Source of the DNA: Thermoplasmata archaeon | Lineage (GTDB): Archaea > Thermoplasmatota > Thermoplasmata > GCA-020350865 | Direction: 5' to 3' | Length of the DNA: 64,000 nt | Assembly: GCA_020348445.1 (NCBI GenBank) | Contig: CP070751.1 | Location: forward strand, 4,569,709 to 4,633,708 | Part shown: in pieces, positions 28,876 through 36,916 of the stretch | Layout of the letters: every line of letters begins with the position of its first letter | How positions within the stretch are numbered: the first letter of the stretch is position 1 | The notes under the pieces: model-generated | What the model was told of the DNA's origin: nothing | What the model saw: the letters and a program-made list of their open reading frames with translations, nothing else | Databases searched by the model: none | Program-made: the position numbers and the translations under genes

Positions 28876-29679
28876 TTGATAATGAGTTCAGAATCCGAAA
28901 TCAGAAGGTACGGAAAAGTCGTTGTACTTGAGCACTGGCTGGGTATCCTTATAATATTCTCTCTAATAATCACAGGATTGTTTCTGGTTAGGGATTGGTT
29001 TGTTCATGAATTTCACATATATGGTGCAGAAAATTATGTTCCCACCCCTGGTTTTGCAGATTCACTTCATCTCTATGCCGCTTTGGGAATTCTAATTCTA
29101 GGAGCAATACATCTGATAGCACACGGGGGCCAGAAGGAGAAACCGATTCTACCGAAAAATAGTATGAAGGAACTCAAAGCGGGATTGTATTCTTTGATGT
29201 ATCTTGTCTTCTTGACAAAAAAGCAGGAGAGAGGTAGCGGAGAGAAATATCTAAAGAGCCAAAGAATTATCTATGCATTTACAATTTATGTCCTGGGGCT
29301 TGCCGCGATTACTGGTTTTTTATACTCAATGGGCCTTCTTGGTGACCATATGCAAATTGCACATGTCACGGCCGGTGTTCTTGTGATTCTTATCGCGGTG
29401 CATCGTACTGCTCTGATCATTAGAAAAAGGGATAAGATTGCCTTACGAAGCGTACTTGCCACAGGAACCATGCCTGAATGGTACGTCAAGAAGAATCATA
29501 GGGCATGGTACGAGGAGATTGTAGGAAGAAAAGCCTCTGACTTTAAAGATATTGAAAAAACCAAACCCAAGGGCCAAAAACCTATTGAAGCTAAAGAAAT
29601 AAAAGAAGCCCAGTGTGTATTTGAGGATGGACAAGACAAACAGGAGGTTAATGATAAAAAACCTGCACCTCAGTCCTGA
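28876..29679 (+). CDS. Cytochrome b subunit (formate dehydrogenase gamma/Ni-hydrogenase cyt b family)
   Basis: Four TM helices with conserved His (EHW..ITGL, LHLY, AHV, VH), KY..SQR motif; 20 nt downstream of the multiheme gene. Confidence 0.8.
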   Translation: MIMSSESEIRRYGKVVVLEHWLGILIIFSLIITGLFLVRDWFVHEFHIYGAENYVPTPGFADSLHLYAALGILILGAIHLIAHGGQKEKPILPKNSMKELKAGLYSLMYLVFLTKKQERGSGEKYLKSQRIIYAFTIYVLGLAAITGFLYSMGLLGDHMQIAHVTAGVLVILIAVHRTALIIRKRDKIALRSVLATGTMPEWYVKKNHRAWYEEIVGRKASDFKDIEKTKPKGQKPIEAKEIKEAQCVFEDGQDKQEVNDKKPAPQS

Positions 29680-29688
29680 ATATAATTC

Positions 29689-30828
29689 TTAGCTTCCACT
29701 ACCATGTGGCTGCACTTCAAATATTACAAAGGTCATTATCCCAAGTAGGCAATAGCATAATGCCAGTATTCCATTTGACAATTTAGGATCAGGAGCTTTT
29801 TCTGCCCTTTTCATTGCGAACTTGCTCCAGCCGAACAGCTTTTTAAAATATTTGCTTCTCATAATTTGTGCTCTATTTATATACATTGGAGCTGCCCAGA
29901 ACAATAGGACTATGAATGAGACATTATCTGCATTGGTCATCTCAAAGGCCTCGGGATTCCAAAGAGCGGGGAATCCTGTCCAGGCCTTATTCCAACCGTA
30001 GAACATACCAGCAACCCACATACCTATAGGAACTGAGGCAATGAAGAACACCAGGAACGTCAATATTACCAGGAATATAAGCAAATCGGGTTTTGAAAAC
30101 AATTTCTGATATAACGTTGTCTGTTCCCATGTATTTTTTTGCTTCAATATCCTGTATCCGAAGACCCCTGCTACTAATCCGGTTCCAAGGAAGAGAAATA
30201 CTGACATAACCATGAGGGCGATATGAATCTTGAATATGGGAGATTCCAAAACTGCCTGAACGTTTGCTGGTGGACCACCGCCCATTCCCCCCTCAAAATA
30301 ATGAAAAGTTATCACCAATTCCCAGCTGTTGCCGGGATCATTCTCAGTGGTTAATCCCATGGGACCTTGTACTGGTAATAAGGAAGAATCTCCAGCTTCA
30401 ATACATGTCACAACCACATCCCAGGTGTCGTTTACAGGTGGTCCTTCCATTGTCCCTTCCTTCATGATGGATATCTCACCACCACTACCACTGTCGCTTT
30501 GCGGCTCACCCATTCCATCGGCTGCCATAATGCTAAATTCATCAGGGTCTGAATCCGCTTCCTCATCGGTCCACGTTAAAACAAACACGATATCAAGAAC
30601 CATGATACTGTCAAGCTCCAATTCTTGCTGTTCCACCAATTCGTCCAAGAGGTTTAGGGTTTTCTCCCATGATGACCCTTCATTTGTATCACCCGAATAC
30701 TCAAGAACTCCTGTTTCAGATTCCGGCTCTCCCCCAGGGTGCCCTGGCTGGGCAACCGCACCAAAATTACCGATGGTGATCATGATTATTATGATGAATA
30801 TCGTAATATAATTGATTACTTTCGCCAT
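29689..30828 (-). CDS. Membrane protein: signal/TM, acidic beta-domain, about 4 C-terminal TM helices
   Basis: Hydrophobic N-terminus; LTWTDE..PDEF.I domain shared with 55288..56961. Confidence 0.6.
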   Translation of the reverse strand: MAKVINYITIFIIIIMITIGNFGAVAQPGHPGGEPESETGVLEYSGDTNEGSSWEKTLNLLDELVEQQELELDSIMVLDIVFVLTWTDEEADSDPDEFSIMAADGMGEPQSDSGSGGEISIMKEGTMEGPPVNDTWDVVVTCIEAGDSSLLPVQGPMGLTTENDPGNSWELVITFHYFEGGMGGGPPANVQAVLESPIFKIHIALMVMSVFLFLGTGLVAGVFGYRILKQKNTWEQTTLYQKLFSKPDLLIFLVILTFLVFFIASVPIGMWVAGMFYGWNKAWTGFPALWNPEAFEMTNADNVSFIVLLFWAAPMYINRAQIMRSKYFKKLFGWSKFAMKRAEKAPDPKLSNGILALCYCLLGIMTFVIFEVQPHGSGS

Positions 30829-30954
30829 CCTATCATCGTAATTTGGAGTAAAGACAATATCTTATAAAAAACTTTCATTGCATTGAGCCTAAAAAACATA
30901 AAATATAAGTAAACATAGGGTATACTTTTGCAGTAACTTACAGGGGGGCCCACA

Positions 30955-32370
30955 ATGAACTCTGAGTTGTATAATAAGATAATAGAGATTGTTGGTGAAG
31001 AATACGTCACTGATAGCGAATTTGAAAAGATATTCTACAGCAGGGATGTATTTCCAATTTCACCTAAAATGCAGGAAGAACTAGGTGCTGCACCCGATAT
31101 TATCGCAAGACCCACCACATCGGAACACGTGTCCCGGATTGTGAAGCTGGCTGCAGAATACATGATCCCCATCGTACCAAGGGGTGGCGCTAGCTGGTGG
31201 TTAGGAGGTTCGGTTCCATATAAGGGGGGCATTGTACTAGATCTCACAAGTATGAACAATATAATCGAGGTGGATGAAGATAACATGACTGTGACAGCGG
31301 AGTGCGGAGTTACATGGAAGGAGGTGGAGGATATTCTAAAAAGGAAATCCTTTTTCCTTGGAACCCGGCCCGGAAGCGCAGCCTCAGCTACAGTTGGTGG
31401 ATGGATCTCAACAGGAGGAGTGGGAATAGGCTCCTACAAATACGGCTCAGTAGGTGATCTTGTCAGGTCATTGGAGGTTGTTCTTCCAAATGGCGAGATA
31501 ATAGAAACAGGTAATAAAAATCTGGCAAACAACGGCTCCGGGTACAACCTCAACTGGTTGTTTGTAGGGGCTGAAGGTACCCTGGGTATAATTACTAAAG
31601 CAACCCTCAAAATGATTCCAAAACCCGAAGAAGGCCCATTTCATGTTTCCTATGCATTCCCTGACATTCATAGCTGTAGCGAAGCCATAAAAAAGATCGT
31701 AACAAGTAGGATCCTTCCCTATCATTTCGCTTTTGGTGACAAAAAGCATTTCGAACTTCTTGCGTCCATGGGCAGGCCCATGCCAAAAGGCGATATCGTT
31801 CTTTGCGTCGCACTTGAAGGTGAGAAAGGGATCATAGATTTCGGCATGCGTAAGCTTGATGAGTTGTTAATTTCAGCAGGTGGAGGAATCAAGTCCTGCG
31901 ACGGTAAATCCCACGATGAATGCGAGGATTGCACAATAGAGTTTCGGGGAAGGGAGGTTGCCGTCTACCCGGTACCAGGTGAGATATTTGTTGGGTTAGA
32001 AAAGTTTTCTGAGGCAATGTTCAAGGTTTACAAGCTTATGGATGACATGAAACTTAAAGCAGGTATCATAGGCAGCATGGTGGACAGAAGAACAGTGATG
32101 ATCATGCCGTATTACCTTCAGGAAAAGGAGGAGGAATATGATTTCATGGAATTTCACAAACAGCTAGGTGAGTTGGCTCTCTCAGTTGGCGGAAGAAGGG
32201 TGGGACTGGGATTGTACTTTTCATCAAATCTTTTACAGATTCATGATGAGGGGAGCGTTGCCATGATGCGTGCCATAAAAACTGGATTGGATCCTAAAAA
32301 TATCCTCAATCCCGGAAAGACTGTTGGAGGTGTCGAACCTATAAAAAGTGAAAACAGTAAGAAAGGTTGA
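30955..32370 (+). CDS. FAD-binding oxidoreductase, GlcD-like (copy 2)
   Basis: PDIIARP, VPRGGASWWLGG, ATVGGW, GAEGTLGIIT, DPKNILNPGK. Confidence 0.88.
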   Translation: MNSELYNKIIEIVGEEYVTDSEFEKIFYSRDVFPISPKMQEELGAAPDIIARPTTSEHVSRIVKLAAEYMIPIVPRGGASWWLGGSVPYKGGIVLDLTSMNNIIEVDEDNMTVTAECGVTWKEVEDILKRKSFFLGTRPGSAASATVGGWISTGGVGIGSYKYGSVGDLVRSLEVVLPNGEIIETGNKNLANNGSGYNLNWLFVGAEGTLGIITKATLKMIPKPEEGPFHVSYAFPDIHSCSEAIKKIVTSRILPYHFAFGDKKHFELLASMGRPMPKGDIVLCVALEGEKGIIDFGMRKLDELLISAGGGIKSCDGKSHDECEDCTIEFRGREVAVYPVPGEIFVGLEKFSEAMFKVYKLMDDMKLKAGIIGSMVDRRTVMIMPYYLQEKEEEYDFMEFHKQLGELALSVGGRRVGLGLYFSSNLLQIHDEGSVAMMRAIKTGLDPKNILNPGKTVGGVEPIKSENSKKG

Positions 32371-32384
32371 GGGGGTGATGTTCT

Positions 32385-33539
32385 ATGGCAAAGATCCCCG
32401 ATATGGAAGAGGATGTTTTGGCATGCATCCAATGCGGGTACTGCAACGCAGTCTGCCCCACTTACGAGGAATTCAAATGGGAATCAGCTTCTCCCAGGGG
32501 TAAGATTTATTTTCTAAAAAGATTCCTTTCATTGAACTTTCTTGAAAAACTAATAAAGAATGAGGAATACAAACGCGGATTCGTTAAAAGCCTGTACATC
32601 TGTGCTGGCTGCGGTGCCTGCAATAAGATATGTCCCGTGAGAATCGAATTGTCCCATCGATGGGAAGAGCTCAAAGAGTGGCTATATATAGAGGGATATG
32701 CCCCCATGGAAAAGCACAGACCATTAAGGGAAAGGATCGCAGCACACAGGAATCCGTACAACGAACCTCTAGAAAAAAGGGCTCATTGGCTGCCTTCGGA
32801 GGTAAAGCTGGCAGATGATCCGAATATACTTTATTTCGTTGGCTGCACCGAATCCTACAGGAGGCAGGAAATAGCCAAGGCCACTGCAAAAATATTAAAA
32901 AAGGCAGATGTTAGGTTCACGATATTGGGAACAAAGGAGCAGTGCTGCGGCTCCCCACTTCTTAGAACCGGACAATCCGATATCGTAAAAGAGGAACTCG
33001 TTCCTCAGAATATCGAGAATATAAAAAAGTCTGAGTGTGAAATCGTTGTCACAGCATGTTCGGGTTGCTTTCAAACAATAACAAATGATTATCCTAGAAT
33101 CCACGGCCCATTACCCTTTGAACTTCTTCACATCTCTCAATATTTAAAACGCCTACTTGATGAAGGTAAGATCGAATTCAAAAACAGTGTTAATAGAATC
33201 CTTACATACCACGATCCTTGCCATCTTGGGCGTCACGTTGGTGTTTTTGAGGAGCCCAGGAGGGTACTTGAGTCCATACCGGGTGTACACTTCGTCGAGA
33301 TGCCAAGAAACAACATGAACTCACGATGCTGCGGAGCAGGTGGAGGATTTAAAATCGCATTTAATGATAAAGCGACGAGAATAGGATCAAAAAGGGTAAA
33401 AGAAGCCACTGAAACAGGTGCCGAGGGGATAATAACAACATGCCCTTTCTGCAAAACCAACCTGTTGCACGGATCAGAGGAGGTGGAAGGTGGGATAAAA
33501 ACCATGGATCTGATGGAATTGGCACTTGAGGCTATATGA
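32385..33539 (+). CDS. HdrD/GlcF-like (Fe-S)-binding CCG protein (copy 2)
   Basis: CIQCGYCNAVCP, CAGCGACNKICP, YFVGC..CCG..CSGC, YHDPCHLGR..CCGAGGG..TCPFC. Confidence 0.88.
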   Translation: MAKIPDMEEDVLACIQCGYCNAVCPTYEEFKWESASPRGKIYFLKRFLSLNFLEKLIKNEEYKRGFVKSLYICAGCGACNKICPVRIELSHRWEELKEWLYIEGYAPMEKHRPLRERIAAHRNPYNEPLEKRAHWLPSEVKLADDPNILYFVGCTESYRRQEIAKATAKILKKADVRFTILGTKEQCCGSPLLRTGQSDIVKEELVPQNIENIKKSECEIVVTACSGCFQTITNDYPRIHGPLPFELLHISQYLKRLLDEGKIEFKNSVNRILTYHDPCHLGRHVGVFEEPRRVLESIPGVHFVEMPRNNMNSRCCGAGGGFKIAFNDKATRIGSKRVKEATETGAEGIITTCPFCKTNLLHGSEEVEGGIKTMDLMELALEAI

Positions 33540-33682
33540 TCCTGTACAATAATCCCGCCCAAAATTAAAAGATATGGGACACTACACATTATCTCCTATT
33601 AATAGAAGTTCACACCGTTAACTTTAAACATATCGATATCAATCCCCTCAATATATCCATTAATTTGACGAGAGCTGTTAAT

Positions 33683-34996
33683 ATGACCAAAGAAAACGCA
33701 GATTATAATGCGGTTTTCAAAAAACTGACAAAGATCCTGGGCAATGAAAATGTTAAAAAGCAACCAAAATCGCAGCAAGAAATATTGGTTAAACCAAAAA
33801 CTACCGACGATGTCAGCAGGATAGTAAAGCTTGCAGTAAAGGGAAATATACCTATATTCTCTAAAACCAAAACACGCAAAGCTCGTGAAAAAAGCAAAAA
33901 TCTTTCAATAGTACTTAGCATAGAAGAAATGAACGGGGTTTTCGACATCGATGATGAAAATCTGGCAGTTACCGTGGGTCCTGGTGTTAAGTGGATGGAC
34001 CTGATTAAAATCCTGTCCAACAGGGAATTCTCAATAGGTGTCTATCCCTCAGTTGGAAAACCCACAGTGGGAGAGTGGGTCAATATCGGGGGCGCTGGCA
34101 CTGGTTCATACAAGTTCGGACCGGCTGAGGATCAGGTAAGAACCATGGAGGTGGTTCTACCCGATGGTAAGATGATAAACACGGGATTTAAAAATGTCCT
34201 CGCCAATAGTTCAGGTTACAACCTAAATGGACTTTTCATTGGGGCAGATGGAACCCTGGGAGTAATAACCAAGGTCACATTGAAGATGTATCCAAAGCCC
34301 GAGGATGTTCGTTATTTATCCTATATATTCATTGGTATAAAGGATTTCGCAGATGCTATGAATGAATTGAAGAAATTGAAAACCACTCCTCTTAATATCT
34401 CATTCTTTGATCAAAACCATCCAAAATCCCTTTCTCTGGTAGGAAAAAAAATCCCAGACCTTAATGGCACTGTAATTAATATCACACTTGCAGGTTTTAA
34501 ATCCATCTTGGGACATGAGGAGAAAAACATCGAGGGGGTAATGCAAAAATTTAATGCAAAAAAAGTGGCGAGCAAAATCGCGCAGAAGCTGTGGGATGAA
34601 CGATTCTTTGATGTTATTCCAAAGCCTAAAAAAATTGTACCAACCTTCTGCGAGACATTAATTCCCATATCAAGCCTACATGATATGATAAATGAAACGC
34701 ATGCACTTCTTGTTAAAATGAATTTGAAAGGAGCCATAATTGGTACACTTGCTGATCGAAGTACCATCTCTTTTACACCATATTTTGTCACCGAAACAGT
34801 TTCCAAAAGTTCAAAGCTTAAAGCCACATTTATGGAGAAGATCGGGGATTTAGCACTAAACAAAGGTGGAAGACCTGTAAATTCAAGTATTTTCTTACTA
34901 TCCGATTTCAAACGTGTCTACGGTGAGGGAATCAACACTATATTGGATATTAAATCAGCTATCGATCCACATGATATCATGAATCCTTATGGATAA
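33683..34996 (+). CDS. GlcD-like FAD-oxidoreductase (copy 3) with degenerate FAD-binding loop
   Basis: VTVGPG, TVGEW, SSGYNLNGLFIGADGTLGVIT, DPHDIMNP. The PRGG loop is replaced by SKTKTRKAREKSK. ATG 33683 preferred over TTG 33665. Confidence 0.75.
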   Translation: MTKENADYNAVFKKLTKILGNENVKKQPKSQQEILVKPKTTDDVSRIVKLAVKGNIPIFSKTKTRKAREKSKNLSIVLSIEEMNGVFDIDDENLAVTVGPGVKWMDLIKILSNREFSIGVYPSVGKPTVGEWVNIGGAGTGSYKFGPAEDQVRTMEVVLPDGKMINTGFKNVLANSSGYNLNGLFIGADGTLGVITKVTLKMYPKPEDVRYLSYIFIGIKDFADAMNELKKLKTTPLNISFFDQNHPKSLSLVGKKIPDLNGTVINITLAGFKSILGHEEKNIEGVMQKFNAKKVASKIAQKLWDERFFDVIPKPKKIVPTFCETLIPISSLHDMINETHALLVKMNLKGAIIGTLADRSTISFTPYFVTETVSKSSKLKATFMEKIGDLALNKGGRPVNSSIFLLSDFKRVYGEGINTILDIKSAIDPHDIMNPYG

Positions 34997-35069
34997 TCAT
35001 AAGGGGATTGCTCTAAGGCTTCTATCTTCTTGGGGGAAAAAGTAGGCACAAATTATTTGACGACGGTGT

Positions 35070-36779
35070 GTGGATATGAATAATCGTAGAATAGGATTTT
35101 TAAGTATTCAAAATAAACGCGGTATGAACCTTGGAAACTCAAATAAGAAAAGTTGCTTCAAAATATCGAAAAAAATCGTATCAATTTGGATTGTTTTTCT
35201 CTTGATTCTGATCATCGCAAACAGTGTAAATGCAAGATCCATAATCTTCTTTCATCATATCACCATGGTACAGGGCGATGATCCTTCAACCGAAGAAATC
35301 GAGCTCGAGTCAGAAATCTCTGTCTTGGAGAGATATGGTGTATACATTCCATGGAATGAATCCATTGTTGAGGTTGCCCTCCCTTTCGGTGCAAAATCCT
35401 GGGACATAGATCATGTGGTATACCTATCTCCTGTGGATTATATTCCCGGAGAGTACAGCACCTTTTATAATCCCGAAAATCCTCCCTATAAACAATTTAT
35501 CGACATGTCGGATATGGATTGTTGTTATGCGCACCGAGTTACATGGGGATTTCCTGAAGGGGCCGATAGGAGCAAAACAGAATCCATTTATGTGGGAACC
35601 GAAACAGAGTTTTCTCAGCATTTCAATGATACAAGATCAGATAACGTATGGAACTTTTCCGCATCTGGCTTGAAATTGAGGCCCGGAAATGCCTCTGGAA
35701 AGTACATTTCATTACCTCTATTAGTTCCTCAAGCAATGGGGATAAACATCACAGGGATAAAGATGTCGTGGAATATAGCGATGTACGAGGAAAATGTCTC
35801 AATTTCCGTCTCAAACAATAATGGGACCGATTGGTTTGATATAAATGGACAAGAGGGAAAATTAGTGAATTTCTCAACCCAGGGAAAAGAACTTGTATGG
35901 AGAATCAACATGTCCCAGAACATCTACCAGAACAACACCCCTATTTTGGAGGATTTATGGGTAAATGCTACATATATTCCTATAATCACAAATATATACC
36001 TAAATCTCGCTTATAAACTCGAGCGCAATCCCGATACCAACAAATTTGATTTTACATTGGATTTGTATGATGATCATATAGATTATGTAAATCCCCATAT
36101 CCTGATATTTATAAACGACGATCATATCCTAGAATCAAAAAATATTACCATGGTATTTACAGAGGATATCGAGAATATGCCTGATAAGAACCGTTACAGC
36201 TTCGTTTCTGGAAGTTATATGCCCATAGTAGATATTTCTGTTCAAAAGGTGGAGAAGGAAGAGGAAAATGAGATTTCTAGGTCCATTTTACTGATATTGT
36301 TATTAATCGTTATTTTAATTGCAATGATTCTTTTGAGCAGGGCAAGATTGAAGGAATCAAAGAAACCATCAGAAGCTGAGGATGAGGAGCCTGCAGATTC
36401 TGAAGAGGAGTTGGAGGAACTCGAAAAGAAAAAAGCAAAATTGCTTAAGGCTATTAAGAAACTCGATAAAGATTTCGAAGAAGGCCTGATAGATGAGGAT
36501 GTTTACAACGAACTTAGAAATGGCTACAAGTCAAAGGCAGCTGAGGTTATGAAACAGATTGATGTTGTGGCGGTGAGTGCACCTGGTGTCACGAAAACCC
36601 CCAAAATATCACCTGAGAGAGCATCACTTATGGAAAAAAAGGAAAAGATACTCAAGAGCATTAAAAAGCTTGATAGCGATTATGAAGAGGGATTGCTCGA
36701 TGAGGATGTTTATCAAGATCTGAGAAAAAGTTACAAAGAAAAAGCTGTAAAGTTGTTAAAGGAACTCGATGAGGAATAA
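35070..36779 (+). CDS. Single-pass membrane protein with extracellular domain and duplicated CcmI/CycH-like C-terminal motif
   Basis: Two copies of KxKLLKxIKKLDxDxEEGLxDEDVYxxLRxxYKxKA; directly upstream of ccmF. Start position uncertain. Confidence 0.6.
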   Translation: MDMNNRRIGFLSIQNKRGMNLGNSNKKSCFKISKKIVSIWIVFLLILIIANSVNARSIIFFHHITMVQGDDPSTEEIELESEISVLERYGVYIPWNESIVEVALPFGAKSWDIDHVVYLSPVDYIPGEYSTFYNPENPPYKQFIDMSDMDCCYAHRVTWGFPEGADRSKTESIYVGTETEFSQHFNDTRSDNVWNFSASGLKLRPGNASGKYISLPLLVPQAMGINITGIKMSWNIAMYEENVSISVSNNNGTDWFDINGQEGKLVNFSTQGKELVWRINMSQNIYQNNTPILEDLWVNATYIPIITNIYLNLAYKLERNPDTNKFDFTLDLYDDHIDYVNPHILIFINDDHILESKNITMVFTEDIENMPDKNRYSFVSGSYMPIVDISVQKVEKEEENEISRSILLILLLIVILIAMILLSRARLKESKKPSEAEDEEPADSEEELEELEKKKAKLLKAIKKLDKDFEEGLIDEDVYNELRNGYKSKAAEVMKQIDVVAVSAPGVTKTPKISPERASLMEKKEKILKSIKKLDSDYEEGLLDEDVYQDLRKSYKEKAVKLLKELDEE

Positions 36780-36916
36780 AAAGTTTTACTTTTTAGTTTT
36801 GATAGGATTTGAATTTTAACATTTTTCCTATAATCTATTTTCGTTATTTTTATTGCGAAAAATGTTGAAATCTAACAAATATTAATAAGGGTGATTTTGT
36901 TATACCCCCGTTTCGA

